From the human T2T-CHM13v2.0 reference genome, Homo sapiens: a DNA stretch of 64,000 bases. The notes beneath the pieces are model-generated. The model was given only the letters and a program-made list of their open reading frames with translations. It was not told where the DNA came from and did not search any database. The translations under genes were made by a program, and so were the position numbers. The stretch is taken from the NCBI RefSeq assembly GCF_009914755.1, contig NC_060935.1; one strand, 5' to 3'. Of this stretch, positions 1 to 26,865 are shown in pieces; position 1 is the stretch's first letter; the number at the start of each line of letters is the position of its first letter.

Positions 1-750
1 ACTTCCTGCAATATAGCAGACGATATATTCTGAAGGACTGTTTCACCATGAAACAACTACAATCTTTTTTTTTTAATTAGGTAAGCACTCAAATTACTTT
101 TATCTAATAAAATAAGCAGGAATTTTAAGCGTTTGCTGTTTCATCTTATACGTTATTTTTCCTGGGCCTTCATTTATAGGGTATAAAACTTTAAGGAAAC
201 ATTCTCAACTAACATTCTTATTAGATGTAAATGATTCATATTACAAATAATACTAACGTAAGCATTGTCATTACTTTTAAAATTCAAGTTTCTCAAAGTT
301 TTATTTTTACTTAATACAAAAATGACCTGGTTCACACTATCAGCTGCCCAACAAACTGTTTAAAAAAAATTCTTTGTTAAAGAGCAGATTACAAGAAATG
401 CTTTCCATCTCTTATTTAAAAAAAAGAAGATTCTGATACACATAATGAATCTAAATCAAAATTCATAAGTGGTGGCTGAAATCCTGTCAACTTTCAGTCC
501 AATACTATAGAAATCCACAGTTATAATGCATAAACAATTCAAAATTAAAGTTTATAGTGGAAATGTCAACAAGTCATAACTAGTACACATTATTACTGAT
601 GAGTTGCACTATACTTCAAGCACAGTAGATGTGCATATCTGATAGACAGACTGCTTAGAAAATTAAAGCTATCAGAGCTATAAAAAAGGAATACACAAAT
701 ATGAACATAGCAATGCCAAAGGATTTGAGCCGTTAAAAAAAAGTGAATAA

Positions 751-985
751 TGAGGTCAAGAGATCGAGAGCATACTGGCCAACATGGTGAAACCCCATCT
801 CTACTAAAAATACAAAAATTAGCCAGGTGTGGTGGCTGGCACCTGTAATCCCAGCTACTCAGGAGGCTGAGGCAGGAGAATCACTTGACCTGAGAGGTGA
901 AGGTTGCAGTGAGCTGAGATCGTGCCACTGCACTCCAGCCTGGTGACAGAGTGAGACTCTGTCTCAAAAAAAAAAAAAAAAAAAG
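751..985 (+). mobile_element. 5'-truncated AluS
   Basis: Alu body, poly-A, TSD AAAAGTG[A/G]ATAA. Confidence 0.9.
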
Positions 986-2704
986 TGGATAAGATGTGAT
1001 GTAAACACATCTGATAGATCTCTCTGTAAGCCACTGTCCACTGATTTATAAAGCTATGGTTTTATAATTCTTTTAAAAAGGAATTTTTTTCTACACTGAT
1101 GCATACAGTAATTTCATTGTACATTCTTGACTACAACACAATCTTCAAATCCTCTTGCAGAGCTTGTATGTATCATCAGAATTTCTCCAGAAAGTCAGCT
1201 TGCCATATTTTCAGCAGCCTGTGACAGAAAAGAACTTCTTAAACATGGCACTGTAGAATAATAGGCTGATTAATTTAAGTACATCAAAATTAATTTCAAA
1301 TGATGTCAGCTGGGATGGTAGAGTAAGGACCTTTAAAATGTCCTTTTCCATAAAAACAAGAACATTGGCAGAAACAAAAAGTCAAAATCAACTTTTTCAG
1401 AATCCTGAAAATGAATCAACTGCATACAACAATCTTGGCAGCAAAAAAAGTGGCTCAATGTTCAGAGAGCTGCTCAACGGTGGTCTTGTAAATGAACAAC
1501 CCACAATTACAATGAAAACAAGCAACCTAGCAGCTGCTGGCATCCAAATAAGGTAAGAGCTCTTTCAAAGCCCTATCCGAAGAATTGTCATTATTTGACC
1601 TGTCTGCCGGTTTCCTGGAAAACACCACTCACAAGGCTTGTTTTTATTTAACCTGATTCAGAACACACCCAGTGCAATCAACATTTTCCCAGGTCATTTG
1701 TCAAAAACAATCAGCAGTAGTTGTTTAACATCATAGCTGCCCGAGCAGTTAAACATTTGATAATTCCAAAATGTAGTCATTCCACATTTAGGAATATACC
1801 ATACAGAAACTCTTGCATTTATGTTTTGTAAGTTGGATGGAAATCTACTGCCTCATCTGTAATAGCAAAAGACCAGAAATAACCCAGATGGTCATTGGAC
1901 AGTAGAGTGGATAAATTGTAGTATATTCATATAATGTTTTATAACTTTATTAAGCATTCAAACATATAAAATGCTACAACTATACTTAGTATTATCAAAT
2001 ATTACAAAAATAAAGTATATATGAATTTTTTAAAGGGAGGAACTATTATCTACTTAAGAACCAAAATATGAGATATAAAAAGTACATCTGGGGAGATGAA
2101 GACCAGTGAAGTCTGGACTTGCTTGTTACTAGAAAGGTAGTTAGGATTTGTATATAAGACCAAGAGTGCGGCAGTTAAGGAAAAAAGACATGAGGAGCGA
2201 ATGTGCAGAGGGGGCCACTGGTATGACAGGAGAGATTCAATATGAACGTATCAAATCATTGCACAACTCTAACAGTACATTTATCAGTCACTGTTTTATG
2301 TATGTGTCAGTGGTATAGATACATACATATATTATATGAAATCTCTAGCATTTAATAGCCACACTTCACAGATGAGTAAACCAAGATTCAGCAGATTAAG
2401 TGACCTTCACAAAGTGATGTGGTCAGATGAGTAGCAGCACTGGTATCCAAATTCATCTTGGATACTTTGGTCTTTTTAAATAATTGATACATTTATAATT
2501 ATGAAATGCTCCTCTGTATACAGTGAGTCTCAAACTGTAGCATGAATCAAAGTCACTCGGAGGGCTTGCTTGATGAAACAGACTTCTGGACTTCAATTTT
2601 AAATTGATTCAGTAAGTCTAAAATGGGACCTGAAATTTGCATTTCTAATAAGTTCCTGATTTATTGATGCTCCTGGATAAGGAACCACATTAGGAAAACC
2701 AGTT

Positions 2705-4750
2705 TCATATCTAATTTAGCTGTTATTAATGTACCCATTCCATCTTTCTTATGATTAGTGTTTGCATGGTATATTATTTTCATCCTTTTACTTTTAAAAT
2801 AAATGTCATTATATTTAAAGTGGTTTTCTTAGAGACAGGAAATAGTTTCAGTCTGACAATCTCATTTCATTAGAGTGTTTGGACAATTTATAATTAATGT
2901 AATTATAGATATGATTGGACTGAGATCTATTCGCTTGCTATTTGTTCCTATTTGTCCCATCTGTTCTTTCTTCCTTTTTCCTCTTTTCAGATCTTCTTTT
3001 GGATTAATAGAATAATTTTCAGTATTCCATTATATCAACATTATTGGCTTATTAGTTATACCTCTTTGTCTATTTTTAGTGGATTTTTTTAGAATTAAAA
3101 TTTTTATCTCTATCTTTTCAGAGTTTACCTTCATATAGAATTATACCACTTCAATTATACCTATAAGAATCTCACATCTATATTTTTTCTCACATCTATA
3201 TTTTTCCTCACATCCTTTGTGCTATTGTTGTCATACATTTATTTTACTTGTATATATCCTGTCAACTCCATAACACATTTTTATTTCTTTGCTTCACATA
3301 GTTATTTTTAATAATTAAACATAGAAAACTGCCTTTTATATTTACCTATATATTTACTCATTATGATGCTCTTCGTTTCTTTGTATTGATACGTTACCAG
3401 TCATTACCATTTTCCTTCTACTTGAAGAACTTCCCTTAACATTTCTTAAGGGAATAACTTCCCTTAACAATTCTTAACAGAATTGTCTTCTGACAGTCAA
3501 TTCTCTCAATTATTGCTTGTCTGAAAAAGTCTGCACCATTTTTTATTTTTGGAAGTTGTTTTCACTAGATATTGAATTCTAAATCGATAATGCCTTTTTT
3601 CTTTCAACATATTAAATGTGTCACTCCATTGTCTTCTCTCGATATGTAAGTATATATATATTTAGAGAGATTTATTTATGTAAATATAAATGTTTATATA
3701 AATTTTATAATGTTTAATAATATAAGATTATGTTTATATAAGATTACATTTTATAAATATAAATAAATATAAGTACACATTATTTCTCTACATATATAGA
3801 AAAAAGTCAATAAATGTTTCTAAAATATATATATTTTAGAAATATATTTTTATATATATATATATATTTATATATATGTAAGACAGGGTCTTGCTCCGTC
3901 ACCCAGGCTGGAGTGCAGTGGTATGATCATGGCTCACCTTGACCTCCCAGGCTCAAGCAATCCTCCCAACTCAGCCTCCCAAGTAGCTGGGACCACAGGT
4001 GTGTGCCACTGCTATTGGCTAATTTTTTGTAGAGACAAGGTCTCCCTGTGTTGCTCAGGCTGGTGTCAAACTCCTGGGCTCAAGCCATCCTCCAACCTCA
4101 GCCTCCCAAAGTGTTGGGATTAGTCAAGTGATTTACAGATCAGTTTGATCTTTTCAAAGTTTGATTTTAAGTTTTGTTTAGGGTGGGTCTAGTGTACCCT
4201 TATCTGTAGGAATAACTGAGTCCTACTATTAAAGTGGCTTCACTGATTTCCCCAGGTGTTAAAAGACATCTTGCCATTCAGGCTGGATGAAATTCAAACC
4301 TCTCCTAGCCCTATGTAATCTCTGAGAATTGTTCAGTCTACAGTTCCTTGGTGGTGCATATGCAGTTCAGTATTCATCAGCAGACTCAAGGGGTCTTCTC
4401 TCCCAATTTCTGGAGTGCATTCTCTATGTAACTTCCTCCTCTTCCTTACTTTTCCCTGAAAATTATAGCCACCTCTAACTCCCTGAACTTTAATCTCTAT
4501 CTCTCAACTCAGTGAGACCACTGCATTCTACTTGGTTCCTTTCCCCTGTGCTGTGTCCTGGAAATTACCTAAAGGGAGAAAGCAGGCAAGACTTGGGGGC
4601 TTGCACCATCCGTTTTCTTCCTTCCTGGACTATTTCCTACACTACCTAGTGCTCAATGAATGAAACCATCTTTTTCATACATTTTGTTCAGTTTTATAGT
4701 TGATCACAGCAAGAAGCAAAATCCAGTACTAGTTACTGCAATATGACCAG
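2705..4750 (-). mobile_element. Ancient L1M fragments with AT-rich tract and AluJ (~3880-4121)
   Basis: T-rich antisense L1-like sequence (GATTAGTGTTTGCATGGTATATT...). Confidence 0.65.
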
Positions 4751-7452
4751 AAACAAAAGTGATCCTCGGATATTATATTTATATACTAACACAAGAAGAG
4801 ACAAGAGCTTACATTTTAATCCTCATGGATTGGGAGCTGTCTTGCATAAATCAGCAAATCCTTTTTCTATGGTATATTACGACCTCCTTAAAATATTTTG
4901 ATGTTCTTATACCATAATGCTATAATCTAGAAAATCACCCCAGAGATGATACATATTGGAAAGACTATTACTTATGGTCCTCCTAAGATATCCCATTAAC
5001 TTCCAAGTTGCGACCTTCTACCTACACACTAACCACTTCAACATTTTAATTTCTGGTTCAGACACCTTTATTGGGCCTTGACCCCATCCCGTTACCTACT
5101 AGACATCTCCCCCTGGCTCCCCAGTTTCAACAGACCTAGTTATTTCCTTTCCATCAATCACACCACCATCTCTTCTGCAACCAGATTTTCCTTCTCTATT
5201 CAAAGTCACTTCTTAAACCAGATGCTTAAAAAAATCACCCTATACTATTCCTTTTCAGCCATACTCCATATGCAAAGCAGTCACCAAACCTTATGATTTC
5301 TCCCTTCTAGCTGTTGCTCGCATGTCTTCCCCACGTCTATAATTTAGGTTTCTAGTATTTTTTGCATGGACTAGTACAGTACTATGGTAGCTGTTCTTCT
5401 CTGCACATTGCCTTAATTACTTCTGACCTATCTTCTATATTTCCATTCAAAAGATATTCTAAGATGCAATTTGGTCTTTATCCCTATTAAAATCCCTTCA
5501 ATAAAGCCATATCATTTATGAGATAAACATAAAGTTTCATGACAATAAATTTTGTTAATGACCTGGTATCTCCTTCTCATCTTTTCCCTTTTTGTTTTAT
5601 GCTCCAATTTTACAAAAATATTATTTTAGTGAGTCTTTGAGGAGGCTCCATTTCCACCTGAAATCCCTTTAGCTACATCTCCACCTAACAAATCCCTCTC
5701 ATATTTTAAAAACACATCTCAAATGTTGTTTCCCATAGGAAATGTTCTGTGGCCCCCAAATCTTTTTGCAGAGATATAATTACCCCTCTATTTTGTAAAT
5801 GCTTCTATTGATCTACTTATTACATTGCATTATAATTTGTTTATATGTCTTGTTTGTCTTTACCATATTTTGTGCCTTTGAAGACATAGATTCCTAGTCA
5901 TCTTTGAATCCCTCATGCCTATCACAGGGACTCAAATCTAGTATTAACATCAAAAATGTGAATCTGGGAAACTTTATGCAGCCCAAACATGGTACATCCT
6001 TTCCTTTCTCCTGTAAAGGCACAGGATTCCTCACTATCCTATTACAGTATAAGGGGAGAAGCAGAATCAGAAAGACGAAACTACAGTTCTGGCAGGCTTG
6101 AGAAATTGTCTACTAATTTAAGGTTTTTTCTACTTGTAGTCCACAAGGTAGACAGTCCTGTTCTCTTCCTTGTTGACTAATTTGTGCTAAAGTATAATTT
6201 TTAAAGGCTAAAAATATGATTTTATGCAAATATGAAATGAACTTGTTAAAGATATTCTTTAACTCACTAGCTAATGAGGGAATCAGTTCAAAGAAGGGCC
6301 TGAAGAACAGACATATATACAGTAAGGAATGTGAAAGAAATTTCCTAATGATATAAATAGGTAATATCTTTATAGGACAGCAAAATGTAATGTTTGAGAG
6401 TATCTCTTCTATCTGGCACAAATGAATTTTATCCCTAAGAAGTAAGATTTATTTGCATTGATATAGAAAAAAACCTTTCGTGTAACTGTCAGTTCTCTAC
6501 TATTTCTACCCTTACAGATTTATAAACTAGTCTACCCAATAAAAAGTCAAAGATGCATACCCTCATAAAATCAGTTACTCCAGAATATTAGCTACACAAT
6601 GTGCAGCCCTTAGTTGTAAAGACACCTGTAATTTCCAAGTCTTGAACATTTTCTTTCCTTACATCAATGAAATAATACTCCTCCATTTCCCAGAGAAAAA
6701 GTGATATTCCCCAGACGGGACATACATGCAACTCTTAAGACATTTTGAAGACTTTTAATTGAAAAGTAAAAATGCAAAACTTTATAGAGTGAAATGCCAG
6801 AAGTTTTAGCTTTAACTTTTTCCACTTTATAAATCTAAAAGGCACAATCTTGTGGTAGTTAATAGCATAGATTCTGGTGTCAGGCTGCCTGACCGTGCAT
6901 CAAGCTCCAAGGCTACCTGACCTACAGCAAGGTAAAAACTCTTGATGCTTTAGTTATCTCATCTGAAAAATGAGAATGACGGTACTTACCTCATGTTTGT
7001 AATCAGGATTAAATGAGTTATTTTCATTTTATATTTTGTGTATATACAGCCTTGGAACAGTGCCTGGCACATGGTTAACATTATAAGGATTTGTTTAACA
7101 AAATTTGAAAGTACACCACGGATAGAAGAAAAGGAAGAAAGGTTCACATTTAAGTCTTTGAGGCATCTTTATGAACACTCATGATAGCGACTCTGGACTT
7201 TTATTCCTATTCAGTTGTCATTTAAGAGAAACGCCTCCCTCCTGAGTTACCTAAGGCCAAAGACAATTCATGCAGATACCATTCAATTTTTTTTGATGCT
7301 GATTCTGGAGGGAATTTTCTTCTTTTGAGGGAAATCCAGCATTTAGTAACCTGTGGGGAATAACATTTCTTATAGTGGTGAATCGATTCTACTCTTTGCA
7401 AAGACAACTCTAATAATACTGAAGGAGCACATACTTGAGTTAAGAATGGATC

Positions 7453-7777
<325 letters not shown>

Positions 7778-8517
7778 CTATCTCCCTCTAGGTACTTTCT
7801 GAGCCTCATATTTCCCCTGAGTTCAGTTCATTTCACTAGCCAGAAATGATCATCCAGCTTGAAATGGACTTGGCCATTTCTGCAAACTTAAGTACATCAA
7901 TCAGCAATGATTTACTAATAAATTGAAAACTAAAAGCATTCCACAAACCCGTAAGCTATAAGTGAGAGCTCTACAATGTATGCAACCCAGAAGATAGGGG
8001 AACTATGTGTCAGGGTAGTGGAGAAAATGGACACAGGACAGGCCACACTGCCAGAATGATGTGCTTACCATGCATTGTGTGGTTTTTCACAATAAACCTA
8101 TGAGGTGGGTACCTCCTAAGTTTATTTCCTCCTAAATTTAAGGAAGCTTAGATTTAATTGCTTGTTAAGGTCACACAGCAATTACACTGTGAGACTTGAC
8201 TGTGGATTTTACCAGAACGGGAAATTCCCATTTCATCCCTTCTCTCCAGTCTTGTGGCTGTACTCTGTAAGCACTCCTTGGGGTTGTGTGTAGCCTAGAG
8301 GATGTTTTCTTGCCTTGAGACCAAGGACACAAGTGGTGTTACCCAAGTGACCAAAAGAAATCTAAGCTTTTATTTCTACTTGCCATATTTCTATTCATCT
8401 CTTGATATAGTCAGAGAGACTTGTTTTTATTTAGGAGTAGGTTCAGAGTTATTTTCAAAATACACATTCTGTTTCTCAAGAAAAATATATTAAAAACCAA
8501 ATGATTTTTTTTTCAAT

Positions 8518-8523
8518 TTTATT
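8518..8523 (-). terminator. MMP12 polyadenylation signal AATAAA (a proximal AATAAA also lies at 8756-8761)
   Basis: tttatt on + strand ~350 nt past the stop, at the end of an AT-rich 3'UTR. Confidence 0.75.
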
Positions 8524-8868
8524 TGAGCCAAAATATATATACTTAATTTTAGTTATGCCAGAAGTAAGTATAATTTCTCAGTCCAAGGATGTTAGGAAGC
8601 AACTTACAGAGCATGCTTCAAATAGAATTCTCTTGGCCTTTGAAGGTAACTATTTTCAAACTTAATAGTAGAGTCAAGCAAGAATGGACAATTAGAGTTT
8701 TCAAAATTGAAAAATATTATGTATTTTATATAATCATTACCTATGGTTTACAGATTTTATTTTTATGATACATATCTCTAAGTAGTGGTACACTGAGGAC
8801 ATAGCAAATATGCAATAAATACTTATTAAGCTGAAGTGAACTAACAAAAACCATTAATTACACCATTT

Positions 8869-20706
<11,838 letters not shown>

Positions 20707-20776
20707 TGTAAACTTCTAAACGGATCAATTCAGTTTACTGTGTTCCTTTCTAGCCTAAGTTCCTGAACTGTTCCTC

Positions 20777-20784
20777 TTTATATA
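20777..20784 (-). promoter_or_regulatory. MMP12 TATA box
   Basis: TATATAAA on minus strand, ~26-33 bp upstream of the likely TSS (~20751) and ~71-78 bp upstream of the ATG. Confidence 0.9.
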
Positions 20785-20822
20785 GCCCTTAGTCCGGGTT
20801 CTGTGAATATGAATCCTATGAG

Positions 20823-20830
20823 TGACTCAT
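20823..20830 (-). promoter_or_regulatory. MMP12 proximal AP-1 site; adjacent base 20830 corresponds to the known -82A>G promoter polymorphism (A allele here)
   Basis: Minus strand GATATCAACT-A-TGAGTCA; proximal AP-1 is typical of MMP promoters; SNP context recalled from literature. Confidence 0.88.
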
Positions 20831-23800
20831 AGTTGATATCATCCCTTGATCTATCTCAAAAACATGCAAACAAAAGCATGACTTTATTCAGACGACAATG
20901 GATCAATTAGCATCTAGTCCATCACTCAAGCAATTCAGAGTATGTACCTTCAAAATGATAAATAAGCCTCTACGTCCACCTATCCTACAAAATAAGCCCT
21001 TGTAAAAGAAATATCAAGCAACTAAAAGAGAAGGAGAACTTAAAATATATTTTCTTAAAGCCTGATATTCTTGATTTTCATTATAATACTTTCCTTATAT
21101 TCATTATAGATAAAAAAAAGTTTTTAAAGTAAATGTTGAAAGATTAAATAAAATCCTTTTCCTGGAGTAAATGAGTGCTTTCTAAACGGAATCCAGCTCC
21201 CTAGAGAAATGTGATACAGAGATTTTACATGTAGCAAAAAAAAATTTGTAACATCGACTTCATTGTTTATTCCACGTGTTGTACCGGCTCAGATCCTGAT
21301 TCTATAACTTAACATCTTCAGACATCTAAGCTGAAGCTCAGTCCCAACTGGGTACCTGGATAGATTCCAGAGACAAACTTTCCCTACATCCTAGATTGTC
21401 TAGCGTTGGTAGGATGTGGGTTAACTCTTTTCAACTTTAGCAGATGGGAAAAGTTTGCCTCTGGAATCTATCTGCCTATCACCTCAGCTTCTTTCCCTCT
21501 TGACCTAATTGTCCCATTGCACAGAATCTGTCTCTTACTCAATAGAGAATATTTAAGCACTAAAAACTTTTACAAGTCAGGGAATAAAATTCCAAAGGTA
21601 GAATTGCAAGCAGTGGTGCTGCGGTGTGAGGATAGATTCTACTCAACACCCCTTCAAATCACACCATAAGTTCGCTGCCTCCTGATTGTATGGGGACGGT
21701 CTGGATGGTGCGGTAGGGTGCACGTAAGAGTGTGTTAAGATTTAGCCATTGCTCTTACCCACCTCAGTGGCCTGGGAAACAGTCTGCTGGCTGCTTGAGT
21801 GAGGCTTAAAGAAAAGGAGAAAAATATAGAAAAAAATAATTTTCCAATTTAAAAATTATCTTGCCTCACTCTTGCAGAGAACTATGCAGATTCTTGCTGA
21901 TCTGTTCTCCTCTCTCTAGCCATTGATTTGTTTTCTCTGTGTCTATCTAACCTACAAATACAGCTGGTTATTCTGCTGTGAGAATGTCACTTTTTAATGA
22001 CACAAAGTTTAACAGACTTGCCTTCTGTGATCTAAATAGTATCTCTAAATCCAGATCACTTGGCTTTATAAATGTTTTCCAGAAAATTGTTATCAATCCT
22101 CTGGTGAGATGCCACATCAGACCAGGTGACACTGGTGTCATGGGTCACTTACTGATCTTGTGGTGTAGATTACAGGCTACTCCATTAAGATGTCCTTTCT
22201 CAATGGGGGCGATATCACCCCCAACTGGGTGAAAAATTGGTCATCAAAGGCAAAAATATATATTTTTGTGTATAAAAGACAGATATGCATACAGCACATG
22301 AGCAGATATACAATTTATGTCTGCTATTAAATTTGTATGGGGGGAAATCTTTAAAGTGTCTACAAAGCCTCTTTATCAGGAATAGTAATAAATGTTGAGA
22401 AACCCTGATCTATGTATTATAAAGGAAACAGAACTAAAATTTATGGAGAGGCTTTAACAGCTGCCAGCAGTTTCATGCACCATCTTATTTAATCCTCACA
22501 GTAGTCATTTATGGATGAGGAAACTGAACTTAACTTATCCAAAGCCACACAACTAGTAGGTGGCATAGCTGAGGTTTGAGGCCAAGTCTGTTTCCAAAGC
22601 CTTTCTGCTTCCATTAAACCAGGCTGCAAAGTCAAAGTCAGTTCAAAGATGCTTGAGTCATTCTCTCTGTCCCCAGATATTTACCTTGTTGTTGGAGAGT
22701 AAGAACAGGAAAATAATCAAATCACTAACAGCACATATGTATATGTCATCACATTGTCTCTACCTTATGATGTACACGTAGGACTAGATAATTTTTCTAT
22801 GTGAACACAACTGCCTAAGATGGCTCCAAACATTATGCTCCTCAGAGGTGCTCTGGGCCAATTCCTGGGGAGCCCTAGCAGCTGAAGTCACCTTAGCAGC
22901 GGGGCACTGCTCAGGCCATGGCAGGGGAGGAGATGGCAGAAGTTTATCCTCCAGAGAACAGACCTTGAACTGCTACCACCCTTGGGAACCCAGATCCACC
23001 TACAATATTGCTAGGACTGTCTGCTTATTCCTGGCACCTGCAAGAGCAAAGGGGATAGCATGGCTTTAACTAAAAAGCAGGAAAGTATGTATCACAGTAT
23101 TATTTTTGTAGTGTTTGCAGTAATAAGATACTCATAGAACTTGGAAGGGTGGCTTACAACTGTAGTCCCAGCTACTCAGGAGGCTGAGGTGGGAGGATCT
23201 CTTGGGCCTGGAGTTCGAGGCCAGCCTGGGCAACACAGCAAGACCCTGTCTTTAAAAAAAAAGATATTCATAAGAAGACCCAAATTTGAAAAAACATCAA
23301 AATGACAAAATGAAATGTGTTATAGCAACAAGTCAGGACAGGGTCAGGAGATCTCCCAGATGTCTCCTTAAGCAATTCACTTCCCTTTTCTGAATTTCCA
23401 TTTCTTCATCCATAAAAGGAAAGGTGAACTAGCTGAAGTTTTCTTCCTCCATGGACAGACTCTTGGCGTGTGAAAGAGATTTCTTTGTATATCTTGGAAG
23501 AATTCTTCCCTTCTTGTCCTTGCTGATGACGTACTTAGATTTGCCTCTGGATTCCTGGGGATGATACCACAAATGACTTCAGGTGATTGTATCAGGGATA
23601 TACCCTGGAATGTCCTGGTGTCTGGCTAAAGAAGGAAAAACATAATAGATGCTTTTGGAAGGTTGGTGCTACAAAATCTGCCTTATGATAAGGAAACTGC
23701 TCTCAGCACTTTCTCACGAGCAACTCTGAAGTCAGCTACTTTCTACACTTTCGTAAACGTGCTCTTCTTCACACAGAGCATTGACAATGATCCCTTGATT

Positions 23801-24899
23801 CTTGCTTTCCTCAGTGTGGCCCCTGGAAGCCATGTCTTTGCTGGGACCCCCAGCTTCCAGTCTGGGCCTATGTCAGAATCATCTCATAGCTCCTTTCTAC
23901 CACAGGAGAGAGATCTGGGCAGATAGTTGATCTCCCTTCTCATTCCCTTTACCAACCTCTTTTAGAGGCTTACCTAAGAGTGCAGTAAAGGAAGATAGCA
24001 ATCATTGACCCCTCAGTGTGTCAGGCCGTAGACTAAATACTTTTCCCTATTATTTAATGGAATTATTGTAACAACTCTTTTCCAGTAGCTACCATTATTA
24101 TTCCAGTTTTACGAATGAAGAAATTAAGTGAGAAAGAGCTTGAAGTGATTGCCCAAGGTCATAAAATGTCAGAGCTAAGATTCCAAGGCAAGTCATCTTG
24201 AGCATAGCTTTATTAAGCAAGTCACTTGAGCATAGCTTTATCAAATCGAAGTGGAATTCTTTTTTGCCCAAAGTGGTCATCTTGACTCCACGACCTTAGT
24301 TTGTAACGACGTCAGTGTTCCATGGCTGCCCAAGGGGTCTTGATCGCCTCATACTTGACCTATCTGGGACACTTGGTGAGTCAAGGCCTAGAGAGAATCA
24401 AAATCTGAGTGCAATATCCTATTTTTATTTCCAGTGAGGACATGCTTTCACTTCTTTGTATCTTTAGCAGCTTTTTTTTCTGTATCTTACATCCTACAAC
24501 TCTCTCAAGAGACTTCCCGCCAATCTTCCAAGAACAGGTTCCTTCCTGCTGTGGTTAAGGCCAGTTCTTGCTTTCAGTGAGTCTTGGGAACACATCCTCC
24601 CTGTAATGACTATTCCACAAGGGAAGTTCACTCCTGATGTCCTTTGGGCCCTATTGTCTTGCTAGATTCATTCATGCATGTTTACCGAGCACCTACTAAC
24701 TTCAAGGTAGTTCTAGGCACCAGGAATACAGTGGTGGAGAACCAGAATCTCATCTGGCTGCAGACTTAGATGCACGATGTTTTCCTCTCGGGCTAAGGGG
24801 AAGAGAATAAATATTAGTGAGCAGCGATAGTATGTCCCAGTATTTATAATACATTGCCTCATTTAATCATCACTAAAGCATAAAGAGGCAAACGTTACT

Positions 24900-25354
<455 letters not shown>

Positions 25355-25976
25355 ATTATCCTCATTTTCAAAGGAAACACCAGAGGGTCCTAGAGGTCAG
25401 ATCACAGAACTTAAAAAAGGTAGGGTTTGCAGGTGGATGCCAGGGACTATGCAGAGGGCCTCTTTTTCTTCTACCTGAGAAGAGAATTATTCTCCTGGAG
25501 TCCCAGCCTCAGAGAAATGCTGGGGAGAAGCCACATTGCTTGCCTCGGCATTTATGACCCTGAGCACATTATTCACATTCTTACTTCTTTCCAAGAGCCT
25601 AAATCCACTAAAGTGAATACAGTTTAAGAAGAGAGTAATTTCTCCTGAAGTGAGTTAATACTGAGAGTGGTGGGAGAGTCCGTGGGTTCTGGGTGCCAGA
25701 AAGAACTGAGCCCCACTCTATGGCAGCGCTGCAAGGATGTGGTGAGACCACAGAAGGAATCATCACGGGATGCTGCAGGGAAGTGAGATGCAGGGCCTGG
25801 TGCCTCTAACTTCCCTGAAGCAAGCATGCCACAAAAGCAGCAGTGAGCAGAACTGAGAAGATATGCAGGCTGGGTGGACCAATAGGGAGGAGATGGAACT
25901 CCAGATGATTACGGCTGAATTTCCTTCCAGCCGAAAGGGATGGAGGCTCAGAATAGAAGTTAAATTTTTGGGAAGT

Positions 25977-26262
<286 letters not shown>

Positions 26263-26271
<9 letters not shown>

Positions 26272-26865
26272 TGAAGCCCAGCCGCGGCAGCACCTCTGCT
26301 CTGCGGGATCCGCTATGTCCATAGGATATTTGCCTCCCAGAATGAAAGGGAGCTCAAAGTGACCCAAATTCTCAAAGAAAAGTTTCCTTGAGCTACAGTG
26401 ATCAAAGTCACTGACATTTCAGGAGGTTGAAATTAAATAGAAATTTAATTGAATTAATTAATTTAAATTGAATTTAAAATGAAATTAAAATTGAATCAGA
26501 AGAATTTAAGCAGAAGAGAACTGTTCAGCAGTACCACATGGTTAATCAGGCACTAAAAGAAGAAATCAAAGGGATGCATGGATTACAGATATTTACCTCT
26601 GTCCCCAAACGCTGACCATGCCCTTGCTGCATGGATGCTGCTGCTTTAAACCTTGGATGAACTTCACTGACACCATTCTTCCCTAGACATTCACCAAAAA
26701 ATGTGTATATTTTGTTCATATACATTTCCATGTTATAATTATGGAAGATGTGTAATCCACTTGCATGTTAATTAAAGGAAACAAACAACTGAAGTTTTGA
26801 AGGGTCAAAAAAATAAAAAAATAAAAAAATGTAAAAAAAATGAAAATAAAACTATAAAAAAATAA
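26263..26865 (+). pseudogene. BOLA3P1: BOLA3 processed pseudogene
   Basis: Intronless [16 protein letters not shown]...[25 protein letters not shown]...EIKIESEEFKQKRTVQQYHMVNQALKEEIKGMHGLQIFTSVPKR* (stop 26613-26615), then 3'UTR, ATTAAA 26771-26776 and poly-A from 26807; internal stops. The P1 number is from memory. Confidence 0.93.

Noticed and set aside
23429-23626. Candidate additional MMP pseudo-exon
   Set aside because: No frame shows MMP catalytic or hemopexin motifs; kept only as part of the low-confidence decayed-gene hypothesis.
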